This document shows, piece after piece, positions 1 to 11,872 of a stretch of DNA of 64,000 bases. Each line of letters begins with the position of its first letter. Within the stretch, counting starts at the first letter, position 1. The DNA is from Eledone cirrhosa (Eukaryota), in assembly GCA_964016885.1 (NCBI GenBank), contig OZ024747.1, forward strand, positions 86,800,001-86,864,000. Direction: 5' to 3'. The position numbers were made by a program, and so were the translations under genes. Below the pieces are notes generated by a model that saw only the letters and a program-made list of their open reading frames with translations, was not told the DNA's origin and ran no database searches.

Positions 1-155
<155 letters not shown>

Positions 156-875
156 TGTATGTATGTAGATGTCTACAGCATACGAAGAAAAGAAAATTCT
201 AAGTTCATAATCATCTCGTCATAAAATATCCTGTATCAAATTGATAGAAAATAATAATAAATCTCAATTTTTCAAAGAATGTCTTATGCTAAACTGTGTC
301 TCAACATTTTGTGCCAAACAACATCGCAGAAAATTTAATCATCATTTTCAACGTTGTGCCGACGATTCCACATGCTTGGTTAATCAAATATACGTCAAAA
401 TACTCTAGGGATAGAACACCTAGAGCAATATTGATTTCAGAGACATGAAACGATAACAATCAATCAAAATGAACCATCAATATGTTAATATATAATTCTA
501 TATGATAAAAAAGTGTTGTTCTATTAAGAACTCATTTCCTTCAAAATAAGGAATGCAAATGAAAATTCCCCCACTGATATATATCTAGATTTATTTCAGT
601 GAATATATATTACAGTGAATATGTTAGCGGAATACTATATATTTACCAAGTCATATAGCGTTTTTATTTTAGCTTAGTGTGCTATTTCCAAATGGATAAT
701 TTGAAACAATAAACGACATAGCTACAATTACAGATATGAGCATGCGTCCATTTCACGCAACCCTCTCTCTTTCTCTCTTTCTCCCCCCCCCTCTCTCTCT
801 CTAAGTATATATATATATATATATATTTCTTTATTAGCCACAGGGGCACAAAAGAAGGGGACAAATACATATATA

Positions 876-1124
876 TATAGTTATGTAATAAACAACATAA
901 GGCAATTATTCAATTTACCAGTGGTTTCTTAAAAGCAAAAGATTTTGCTTTCAATCCTCAGAATGAAAAAATCCTGGTCTGTTTATTGAATTTGGATTTT
1001 AAAAACAAAAATGCAATCTATATGAAAGTGAGGCTGGAGAAGGGAGAAGGAAAGGAAAAATAAAATAAAACTACACATGCAAACACCCCCCCCCCCCGGC
1101 ACACTCACACACAAAAGCATACAT

Positions 1125-1213
<89 letters not shown>

Positions 1214-1440
1214 CATATATACATATACATACACTCATACATACATACACACACATATATACACACATATATATATGTATATAAATACACACAAATACAT
1301 ACATATACACATATATACATACGCACATAAATATCAACACATCCATACATACATATATACAACCACACACACATATATACACACATACATACACATAGAA
1401 ACATAAATATAAATACATATACATACACACATATACATAC

Positions 1441-1474
<34 letters not shown>

Positions 1475-1640
1475 ATATGTGTGTACAAGCATACACATAC
1501 ACAAACATAGCCATACACACATACATATACATACATACATACATACATGCACACAATCATACATATATACACACGTACATACACATACATAAATGCACTC
1601 CTCTACATATTCACACACGCAAATAAATATAATAAAAAAT
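876..1640 (-). repeat. Inverted duplicate of [2345-2850]+(TA)n+[4330-4622]
   Basis: 876-1134 is the reverse complement of ~4350-4622. 1205-1640 is the reverse complement of ~2345-2850 (e.g. aaatgcactcctctacatattcacacacgcaaataaatat vs atatttatttgcgtgtgtgaatatatagaggagtgcattt). Confidence 0.9.
910..967 (-). ncRNA. Type I hammerhead ribozyme (inverted copy of 4533-4590)
   Basis: Minus strand reads ttcatt CTGAGGA ttgaaagcaaaa-tc-ttttgcttttaa GAAA cca-c-tgg TA aattga. Core intact, stem I weakened by one change. Confidence 0.75.
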
Positions 1641-1651
1641 AAGATATTTTT

Positions 1652-1709
1652 TTCATTCTGAAGATTGAAGGAAAAATATTTTGCTTTTAAGAAACTACTG
1701 GTGGATGGA
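1652..1709 (+). ncRNA. Degenerate hammerhead ribozyme, same family as 4533-4590
   Basis: ttcatt CTGAAGA ...ttgcttttaa GAAA cta-c-tgg TG gatgga. The cleavage triplet is GUG, which is not NUH, so it is predicted inactive. Confidence 0.7.
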
Positions 1710-1794
1710 ATAATTGCTTTATGTTGCTTATTACTTTATTACCTTACTACTATATATTGGTAAGGTTCATATGAATTATCTAAGACTGAGTTTT

Positions 1795-1827
1795 ACACAC
1801 ACACACATGTATATGTGTATGTATGTG

Positions 1828-1908
<81 letters not shown>

Positions 1909-2520
1909 GTGTGTTTGTATTTGGTTGTGCGTGTTTATGATATGTACGTATTTGTATGTGTATAATTGTATAGCTATGTATGTATATGTGTGTGTGTATG
2001 TATACATATATGTGTGTGTGTGTATTTTTATATTTATGTATATATATATATATATGTATGTGTATATAATTAAATATACATATGTGTGTGTGTATATGTG
2101 TGTGTATAATTGTATACGTGTGCGTGTGCGTGTTTGTGTATGTATTTGTGTATGTGTATGTATGTATGTGTTTATGTATTTATATATGTATATTTATGTG
2201 CGAGAGTGTGTGTATGTATTTACTATTTCGTACGTATGTATACGTGCATTTGTGTGTATTACTTACCACGCGTGTCTGTCCAGTTACCTGCAGTTTGTAT
2301 CGCTGTCAACATTTTTTATATATATATATATATTTTTTTTTTTCTTATATTTATTTGCGTGTGTGAATATATAGAGGAGTGCATTTATGTATGTGTATGT
2401 ATGTACGTGTGTATATATGTATGATTGTGTGCATGTATGTATGTATGTATGTATATATGTATGTATGTATGTATGTGTGTATGGCTATGTTTGTGTATGT
2501 GTATGCTTGTATACACATAT

Positions 2521-2588
<68 letters not shown>

Positions 2589-2821
2589 ATGTGTGTATGT
2601 ATATGTATTTATATTTATGTTTCTATGTGTATGTATGTGTGTATATATGTGTGTGTGGTTGTATATATGTATGTGTATGTATGGATGTGTTGATATTTAT
2701 GTGCGTATGTATATATGTGTATATGTATGTGTTTGTGTGTATTTATATACACATATATATGTGTGTATATATGTGTGTGTATGTATGTATGAGTGTATGT
2801 ATATGTATATATGTATGTATG

Positions 2822-2860
<39 letters not shown>
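1795..2860. repeat. Compound TA/GT/TATG low-complexity microsatellite tract
   Basis: Interleaved (TA)n, (GT)n and (TATG)n runs. This tract is the source of the many Y/I/C/V/M ORFs. Confidence 0.95.
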
Positions 2861-2863
<3 letters not shown>

Positions 2864-4260
2864 AAACACGAAATGTGTTTACATTGCAACAGACAAAGTT
2901 AGCTATTAATGAAATAAATTAATAAAAGTGAATACAATTTGCCTGTCTCGATACAAGTCAATAAAGACAAGCTTATATTGGCAACTGCCATGATTCCTGG
3001 ACATATTTAAATTTCAAAATTCAAACCTGTTCTGTAGACGAATTTGAACCTCGAAACCCAAATAAGTTTCGCAACGGTGGAATGTGAATTGAAAAATAAA
3101 GAGAATCGAAATGGAATAGAAATAAAAGAGTGAAATGTCCAAATCTGCTGTGCTTATCAACAGGAATCCAGTAAGATTAGTCTATCTCACATCAAAAGTT
3201 TTGCAGGTCTGACTACACGTGGGTAGGCAGGCCAAAACTAGCTATCCCACATTCACGGTGCTAGAAATAACAGCCGCTTATGCAGGATTAAGGATCAGCT
3301 CTTACAATAAAGGAGCTATATATTATATTATATTTTGAGAATAAACTCTCAGTCGTTTACACTAATTCTCTTTATTTTTCAATTCACATTCCACCGTTGC
3401 GAAACTTATTTGGGTTTCGAGGTTCAAATTCGTCTACAGAACAGGTTTGAATTTTGAAATTTAAATATGTCCAGGAATCATGGCAGTTGCCAATATAAGC
3501 TTGTCTTTATTGACTTGTATCGAGACAGACAAATTGTATTCACTTTTATTAGTTTATTTCATTAATAGCTAACTTTGTCTGTTGCAATGTAAACACATTT
3601 CGTGTTTATCATATACTTTAAATGTATTAACTGCTCGGAAGAGCCCCTTCCTGGAGCTTAATTATTGTAAACGACTGAGAGTTTATTCTCAAAATATAAT
3701 ATAATGTATAGCTCCTTTATTGTAAGAGCTGATCCTTAATCCTGCATAAGCGGCTGTTATTTCTAGCACCGTGAATGTGGGATAGCTAGTTTTGGCCTGC
3801 CTACCCACGTGTAGTCAGACCTGCAAAACTTTTGATGTGAGATAGACTAATCTTACTGGATTCCTGTTGATAAGCACAGCAGATTTGGACATTTCACTCT
3901 TTTATTTCTATTACATTTCGATTCTCTTTATTTTTCAATTCACATTCCACCGTTGCGAAACTTATTTGGGTTTCGAGGTTCAAATTTGTCTACAGAACAG
4001 GTTTGAATTTTGAAATTTAAATATGTCCAGGAATCATGGCCGTTGCCAATATAAGCTTGTCTTTATTGACTTGTATCGAGACAGACAAATTGTATTCACT
4101 TTTATTAGTTTATTTCATTAATAGCTAACTTTGTCTGTTGCAATGTAAACACATTTCGTGTTTATCATATACTTTAAATGTATTAACTGCTCGGAGGAGC
4201 CCCTTCCTGGAGCTTAATTATTGTAAACGACTGAGAGTTTATTCTCAAAATATAATATAA
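2859..4260. repeat. 556-bp unit: ~1.6 tandem copies (3365-4260) preceded by an inverted ~500-bp copy (2859-3360)
   Basis: attctctttatttttcaatt recurs at 3365 and 3921, and atatacttta at 3611 and 4167 (period 556). 2859-3360 is the reverse complement of ~3667-4168. Confidence 0.93.
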
Positions 4261-4338
<78 letters not shown>

Positions 4339-4532
4339 AGCGTGTATATATATGTGTGTGTATGCTTTTGTGTGTGAGTGTGCGGGGGGGGGGGGGGGGG
4401 GGGGTTGTGTGTGTGTTTGCATGTGTAGTTTTATTTTATTTTCCCTTTCCTTCTTCCTTCTCCAGCCTCACTTTCATATAGATTGCATTTTTGTTTTTAA
4501 AATCCAAATTCAATAAACAGACCAGGATTTTT

Positions 4533-4590
4533 TTCATTCTGAGGATTGAAAGCAAAATCTTTTGCTTTTAAGAAACCACTGGTAAATGGA
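4533..4590 (+). ncRNA. Type I hammerhead ribozyme
   Basis: Stem I ttcatt/aatgga; CTGAGGA at 4539-4545; 12-bp stem II ttgaaagcaaaa/ttttgcttttaa; GAAA at 4572-4575; stem III ACCA/TGGT; GUA cleavage site at 4582-4584. Confidence 0.85.
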
Positions 4591-4686
4591 ATAATTGCCT
4601 TATGTTGTTTATTACATAACTATTAAGCTCTGTTACCAATACATAGAGCACTCCTTTTTCCTGGACTTTTCCGACGGAATTACTTC

Positions 4687-4768
<82 letters not shown>

Positions 4769-4926
4769 TATAATTGGTGCTCTGAAATACCGATGTATAC
4801 AAGAATATATATATATAGTATATTTGGCAATATACTGTATGCTTAATTAAAAACATTTTGAAGACCTTGCGCTATTATTTTAAAGTAGTGACAATGTCAC
4901 TTCTTTTTTCAACAAACAAAGGGAGA

Positions 4927-4972
4927 TAAGCTGACAGATCTGTTTCACATTGTTGGTGATCGTCAGAGCTTA
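4927..4972 (-). ncRNA. Minimal type I hammerhead ribozyme
   Basis: Minus strand reads taagct CTGACGA tcaccaacaatgt GAAA cag-at-ctg TC agctta. Confidence 0.8.
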
Positions 4973-5060
4973 GCACTCGCCGATGTTTGTTGAAAATTAT
5001 AGACAAATTATAGACAAATTATAGACAAATTATAGACTAATTATAAACATCGGCGAGTGC

Positions 5061-5106
5061 TAAGCTCTGATGATCACCAACAGTGTGAAACAGATCTGTC
5101 AGCTTA
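5061..5106 (+). ncRNA. Minimal type I hammerhead ribozyme
   Basis: taagct CTGATGA t-cac-caaca-gtg-t GAAA cag-at-ctg TC agctta. Perfect 6-bp stem I, palindromic stem III, GUC site at 5098-5100. Confidence 0.87.
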
Positions 5107-5239
5107 TCTCCCTTTGTTTGTTGAAAAAAGAAGTAAGTGACATAGTCACTACCTTAAAATAATAGCGCAAGGTCTTCAAAATGGTTTTAATTAATCATAC
5201 AGTATATTGCTAAATATACTATATATATATTCATATATA

Positions 5240-5335
<96 letters not shown>

Positions 5336-5746
5336 AAAAGAGTCAAAGGACACTGAAGACTGAGCTCCGGCCGTTTCAACAGCTAGATCGTTCGTATCTA
5401 TCTGTCGAAATGGCCGGAGCTCAGCTGTCTGGCTGAATTAAGTGCAAGATTTGCAGGTCCTTGTGCAGTAATGCGCCAGTTTAAGCATTCGGTCATCAGA
5501 AAAAGGGAGGTAGGTCTACAAGCAAAACTTGCTATCTTCAATTCGGTATACGTGCAAAACCTTACTTATAGTCATGAATCTTGTGTATACGATCTCAAAT
5601 ACAAAAGGCCGTTATTCTTCACTGGTGTATACGTTCGTATGTGTGCAGGTACTTCACGCGGGTTTATGTATGTGTGCGCGTGTTTATATATATATAAACA
5701 TGCAATTATATTAAATAAATGGAAACTATATTTATAAAACCATATT

Positions 5747-5808
5747 TATTCTATTATATATATTTCAATGGTACCAACAACTTTGGTACGCTTTCATCAG
5801 ATAAAATA
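5747..5808 (-). ncRNA. Type I hammerhead ribozyme
   Basis: Minus strand reads tattttat CTGATGA aagcgtaccaa-agttg-ttggtaccatt GAAA tatata TA atagaata. 8-bp stem I, AUA site. Confidence 0.8.
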
Positions 5809-6047
5809 CAAAGTGTGTTTTATAAATTTTTTGACATAGCCAAGGAACATACCTTAACGGTTGAAATTTTCCTTGGATATATAAACATGCATATAACTGA
5901 GCTGACCGAAAAAAAAACTCAAAAAACAAAGTCGACCAAATAGTTCCCCTGAAGCAGGTGGAGAAGTTCAAGTATCTCGGGACGTGTTCATAAGCGATGG
6001 AAGGTATGAGGCTGAATTAAGTGCAAGAATTGCAGGAGCTGGTTCAG

Positions 6048-6158
6048 TAATTGTTTCTACTTTAGGCACAAGGCCAGCAATTACCAGTGCATTACTGGTA
6101 CTTTATTTTATCGACCCCGTAAGGATGAAAGGCAAAGTCAACCTCGGCGGGATTTGAA
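6048..6158 (-). mobile_element. 5'-truncated tRNA-derived SINE (octopus OK-like family) nested in the LINE remnant
   Basis: Reverse complement of the 3' part of 58936-59128. It interrupts cagtaat|gcgcca, which is contiguous at 5466-5478. Confidence 0.85.
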
Positions 6159-6824
6159 TGCGCCAACTTCAGCATTCGGTAATCAGAAGAAGGGAGGTAG
6201 GTGAATTCGGTATTCGTGAAATGTTGCACTTAATTCAGCCTCCTACCTTCCATCATCCGCGATCACGGCCCCGAAATACTGGAACTTCTCCACCCGCTTC
6301 AGTAGAATCTACTCACATATAGAGTGCACTGATTTCCATTCCTGCCGTGTAGCACTCAGAAGCAAACATATCAACTACATGTCAGAAATTGCTTTGTACC
6401 GAATTAAGTAATACCATGTCGCCTGCATATTGCAGTCGGCTGCTCTTACATCCACTAGTCTCGATACCACTTCCAACCCATCTCTATCCTGAAGATTATG
6501 AACAGCATTTCTGTTCCGATGAATGATGCTAAGTCGAAACCATTCTACAGTTCAATCGATTCTCTTTCTTTCTCCATTTCCTATAAATTGCCGTTGACAT
6601 GGCGTTTAATGTAAACGGGCGGAGATTGTGGCCGTGACTGGTGGAAGATTCATTTATCCCATTCAAAATCAGAGAAAAATATTAACTGTTTACGTTTGCT
6701 ATTAATTTCTTGATATCAATGTCTTCGTCGGATTGTTTTCAGATGAATTCTGTCATTTACCATGTTGTAAACATCTAAACTCTAAAAGAACGTTTGTCTT
6801 AAGCCATTTAAAGCTCGTTAGGAC

Positions 6825-7068
6825 GGTGCTTATATCGGTTTCATGGCGTGAAGCGAGTGAGAGTACAATAATCACCCATGGACAAGACGCCAATCCATCG
6901 CAGGGTTAAACCCCCAGCTATTGCTGGTACTCATTTTCAGCTGAGTATATTGGAGCAACGTGAGATGAAGTGTTTTCCTCAAGAATACAACACACAACTC
7001 AGGAATCGAACCTATGACATTATGATAGTAAGTCTAACACCCTTACCACTAGGCCACGTGCCTCCACA
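6825..7068 (-). mobile_element. tRNA-derived SINE, second family
   Basis: Minus strand starts gtggaggcacgtggcctagtggtaag (A box) ... ggttcgattcc (B box). Homologous to 51172-51415. Confidence 0.85.
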
Positions 7069-7474
7069 TGTCTTAAACATAGCCAAAAAAAAAGAGAAAA
7101 AAATTCATAATTACTTTAGATTCAACGAATGGATTCAGACCAAGTCACTTGTCGAAATAAGTACACGAACGAAATTAACAAAACAGAGTTCCATGTATTT
7201 ATATGTGCATTAGAAAAACACTGGATAATCACGTGTTAAATACTACTTAACGTTTAATTATGTTCTAACTGTATATAATATAATTGTTCATGTAAAACTG
7301 TATTTGATTAAAATCAAATAACTATCCCTTCAAATTTCTCCACTTGTCTATATTAAACAGACGCCCCTAGCAACAAAACATTTAATACTGCTAAATAGAT
7401 TCTGAAACCAAGAAGTAAATCAATCCTGCAGAGACATTCACACAAAAATACATACGTACAGATATATGTATGTG

Positions 7475-7562
<88 letters not shown>

Positions 7563-7674
7563 TATGTACATATAAATACATATATACATATATACATATA
7601 TACATATATATATATATATGTGTGTATGTATACATAAGTATATGTGTATGTATATATGTATGTACACACACACG

Positions 7675-7713
<39 letters not shown>

Positions 7714-7885
7714 GGTAAATTTCTTTAAGTCGTTTGGAAGCCTCGACAATGCAGATGGGTAAATCTCAGGGTAACAGGATCCGGTGGTGGAGAGAGAGAT
7801 GTAAGTGGGTGTACGTTGAGATGCGTGGCGTGTATAAGACGTGTAGAGGAATGAAGGATAGAGCGTAAAGGATAAAAATAAAAAT

Positions 7886-7931
<46 letters not shown>

Positions 7932-8344
7932 CAAACAAAACACAATAAAGACCTTAGATAGCAATTTACCATCAAGTTGAGTAATATTAGGTTTTTTTCT
8001 CTCGAAGAAATAATGATGTTTGTTTCTTATTTCTTTAGTGTGATTTTCACACATTCACTGAATCTAATATATGTTTTTTTTTTAAATTACATACAAAGCT
8101 TCTGGGAAGCTTTTGTTTATTGACGCACGTAATAAAGAAATCGAATACATATACTGTATATATCTTTATATATACGTAGGTATGTATATATGTACTTATA
8201 TATGTGTGCATGTATATCTATCTGTGTGGATGGATTTACTTGTGTAAGCGTGTATGTACGTATGTAATTATATATGAATGTTTGTCAGTATATAAGTTTG
8301 TGCATATGTATGTATTTATGTATTTATGTATTTATGTATGTATG

Positions 8345-9830
8345 TATTTATTGTTTTCTCTTTCTCTTAATTTCGAGTATATTTTTTTTGACCGGCCACC
8401 TTCCTGGTGGCAAGGTTGTAAAAGAAAAGAAATTGTCATCCCTTGAATCGCAAGAATGTTTTGCATATTTTCAAGGTGCCAGCTATCGCAGCCATTTGTA
8501 GACTATGAATTAGGGAGCTGCGCTTTTTGTCCGCAAATCCAAGTTCGGTCATACTTTGGTCCAAGCGGGTTGGTATATAACCCGTAGCACCAATAATGAT
8601 GGGTATGAAGCTAAAGGTGTATCTTGGATACTGGATTTGTAAGCTCCTCATCAATGGTCCGTAGATGTCCTCCTTCTCCTGTATTTTTCTGACAACGTTT
8701 ACATCAAGTGGGCAGCTGATCTCCACAACAGAACACGTTTTCAATGTGTGGTCCCAAACTACAATATCAGGCCGGTTGTGCTTTAATTTGGTGGCAGTTT
8801 TTATTTTCAGGTTCCACCAGTATTCCTTAGTGCCATCTGTCTCAATATATTCTTCCTCGTTTGTTGTTAATTTTGTTTTCCGAAGTGCGTTCCAGATAGT
8901 TCTAGCTATCCCATCGTGTCTCATGGGGAGGTAGTAGCGAGATGACATTCTTTCGCAGCTGGCAACAATGTGGCTTACATCCTCGATCTTTGTTTTACAT
9001 AGCCTACATTTATTGTCAGCTGCTGGCCCTCCTCTTTTGTGCAGCAGATATTTGGTAGGGAGTTCTTGTTCCTGTATTGCATAGAGATATCCCTCAAGGT
9101 GTGATGTCATAAACCTGTCGGAACTCCATGCCAGGCTTTTTGAGTGGTTTATCCCCTCTATGGTCTGTGTTTTACGCCTCAAGTATCCATGCACAACTTT
9201 CTCTGTAAATTGGTCAATTTCTTTTTCTTGTTTGAACATTGAATAGGATCTTCCGATTTCTCTGGGTGAGAGATTTATATCAGGCTTTATTCCATATCTC
9301 TCCTCCAGATCAGTCGCTATTCTAATGATATTTCTTTTTTCATGCTCATAAACCTGAGCAAGATGGTCGCCAACCTTTTTCCTCTGTTGAAGGTGTTGCT
9401 TCAGTGTTACTATCCGGGTCTCATATGTTGTTAATATTGATTTTAGACCCCGGCCACCTTCCTTGCGTGAGAACTATAGCCTATCCACATCACCATTGAT
9501 GTTAAAGTTCCCAGTAACACTGAGAAGTTTTCGAGTTCTAACATCCATCTCACTTAGTTCTTGCAATGACCAGTTCAGTAGGCCAAATGTTGGCGTTAGA
9601 ATTGGCACAGCATAGGTATTGTGGGCAATGTATTTGTTGTATGCTGACAGTTCTGATGACCATATTTTTTTTACTCTTCTGAGGTATTCAGTTCTGGTTC
9701 TCTCCTTATTTATGGGTCCATCATATCTGACATTCTCATCCTGTCCAAGATATCTGTAGTTGTCACCTGACTGCAGAGGTTGTATTGTCAGGCCGTTCAT
9801 ATCTAGATTTCTAGAGGAGGGCACAGCTAT
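8345..9830 (-). mobile_element. 5'-truncated R4/Dong-type non-LTR retrotransposon (RT thumb + CCHC + restriction-like endonuclease), disrupted
   Basis: ORFs 9474-9824 (YRYLG, NTYAVPILT, DVDRL) and 8436-9239 (AIQEQ, CRLC..HIVASC, RHD, RPDIV..VEISCP). Short 3' UTR. (TATG)n on both sides. Confidence 0.92.
8436..9239 (-). pseudogene. C-terminal zinc knuckle + PD-(D/E)xK endonuclease segment of the R4/Dong-like ORF
   Basis: CRLCKTKIEDVSHIVASC, RHD and HNRPDIVVWD...EISCP motifs. Confidence 0.9.
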
Positions 9831-9909
9831 TTATGTATGTGTGTATGTATGTATGTATGTATGTATGTATGTATGTATGTATGTATGTATGTATGTATGT
9901 ATGTATGTA

Positions 9910-10243
9910 TGTGGTAGAGAATGTAAATCAGCAGGAGGGCTCAAGCGACATGCAAAAGTACACGAACTCCAACCACAGCCGACTATTCCCAGTAAATGTT
10001 TTGGTTGCCGACTCTGTGCAAGACATTTTAGATCATTGGCTGGGCTAAAAAGCCACATTCGATCGCAGCGCTGTTAGTTGCTATCGTGTGTGTGCGTGTG
10101 TGTGTAGATATGCTTATGCGTGTGCGTGTGTGTGTATATATATATGTATATGTATATCATTATTGTTGTTGTCGTTATTATTATTGTTGTTATTATTATT
10201 ATTATTATTATTGTTATTAATGTATGTGTGTGTGTATATGTGT

Positions 10244-10283
<40 letters not shown>

Positions 10284-10325
10284 ATGTATATGTATATATA
10301 TATATATATCTTTTTTTTTATTTTA

Positions 10326-10356
<31 letters not shown>

Positions 10357-10410
10357 CTTTCTCCTCGTGCAATGGCCATACTCGATAACGAGGGGACAGC
10401 CATCATCATG
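9910..10410 (+). mobile_element. 3' fragment of the RTE-clade LINE seen at 14457-17188
   Basis: Encodes [14 protein letters not shown]...HIRSQRC*, nearly identical to the end of the 755-aa ORF. It has the same microsatellite-rich UTR and terminal atggccatactcgataacgagg. Confidence 0.95.
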
Positions 10411-10760
10411 TATGTATGTATGTATGTATTTATGTATGTATGTGTATGTGTATTTATAGGTACGTATGTGTGTATGTATGAGATTAGTTTTATTTTCTTC
10501 AAAAGTGTATGGTTTCTGCACTGAGAAAGAAAGATTCTTCGTTGGAATATATTTAATTACATCAGTGAAGATTTAGACATTTAATATAAACAAATGCTTA
10601 CATATTTTCACCGTTCGTCTTACAACCTTTCACGTCAAATATCTGACTGATTTAAGAAAGTGCTGGTACAATCCGTAATAAAAATCTCCAATATATCGTT
10701 ATCAAATATACAATTGAACATGGACAACTGTCTTTTTCTCCCGATATATCGGGAGAAAAA

Positions 10761-10804
<44 letters not shown>

Positions 10805-11160
10805 ATAACACTTACATTTCCTCTCATTTTCATGACAGTCTATTTATATTTCCTTCCACCCGACGTTACCATTTGCATAAATTGTCTAAAGACACTCACA
10901 TGTTGTCTCCTGTTATATGATGCTATGTTGTCTGCTATGCATCTTTTTGGTGACTTGTTTTAGGCTGTTGTACATCTGGCCTCAATATCACCCTTATGCA
11001 CGAAACTGCATTGCCGAGAATCAATAAAAAAAGATTTCTGTTCAAAGAACGGAAGGAATAAAGCATTAGACTCCTATTGCAGACATTATGATTTTCCTGC
11101 TTGAAAGATTTGGAAATAGAAACCCCAAATCAAATTTCTCAGAACAAGTCCGATACGAAC

Positions 11161-11335
11161 GACAACGACATTAGCTGGAAGATAGCAGAAAGATTCAGAA
11201 CCTATATCGAGGGAGGTAAGAAATGCAGATTCTGCAGCACTGAGTGGTGGCTAATATTAGAGATCCTAACGCCTTAATGTTTGAAGTGAAGTATGGAAAA
11301 CTTGTACGTGGTGCAAAATTCATTTTTTTGTTTGT
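11161..11335 (+). pseudogene. Remnant of a Penelope-like element GIY-YIG endonuclease C-terminus
   Basis: The frame from 11161 reads DNDISWKIAERFRTYIEGGKKCRFCSTE. After frameshifts it reads RDPNAL / NV*SEVWKTC. This resembles the PLE motif WxI..Y....K.C.LC..EK...LLNKRSE....C.H. Confidence 0.65.
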
Positions 11336-11558
11336 GGCATTATCGCAACAAGATACACCAAGACCTCGCCCCCAACACCATATCCATTTGGGTGACTACC
11401 ACAACACCGACACGGGGCAAGTAGCTAGGGGAATACAACTGGATGTCGTATATATATTTATATATATATGAATATTTCCAGTAACATATCGCTGACCATT
11501 CATTTCTTACACTACATATATATCATTTTATACTTGAATTCTTAAAATTCTCCCTCAC

Positions 11559-11635
<77 letters not shown>

Positions 11636-11768
11636 GTTATTCCGGGTTGAGTCGGAGGTAACCACAGTAAGTAAGGTACTCAATACATAGCAGAGTATAA
11701 CAGTTTTAATATAGATGAGATTCTACAGGACTAGAACTGTTTCATTCATTTGAAATCATCTATATTAA

Positions 11769-11872
<104 letters not shown>

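Larger units (their letters stand above)
4770..5232. mobile_element. Fold-back (inverted pLTR-like) element with ~180-bp arms, each carrying a hammerhead, within (TA)n
   Basis: ~4808-4989 is the reverse complement of ~5045-5228. The spacer holds ~4 copies of aattatagaca. Long (TA)n tracts flank both sides. Confidence 0.88.
5425..6480. mobile_element. Scrambled RTE-like LINE RT remnants (both orientations), interrupted by other elements
   Basis: Translations such as KREVGLQAKLAIFNSVYVQNLTYSHES (5500-5580) and VPLKQVEKFKYLG (5944-5982). An inverted piece lies at ~6220-6480. Confidence 0.7.

Noticed and set aside
3026-3078. Hammerhead-like string CTGTAGA...GAAA in the 556-bp unit
   Set aside because: Core mismatch (A6 to U) and no convincing stem I, so it is not called as a ribozyme
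5347-5435. CTGAAGA at 5352 paired with GAAA at 5407 as a complete hammerhead
   Set aside because: Stem I does not pair beyond 2 bp. The box appears to arise by chance in the inverted arm.
6505-6555. CCGATGA...GAAA hammerhead-like motif
   Set aside because: Core mutated and stems II/III poor
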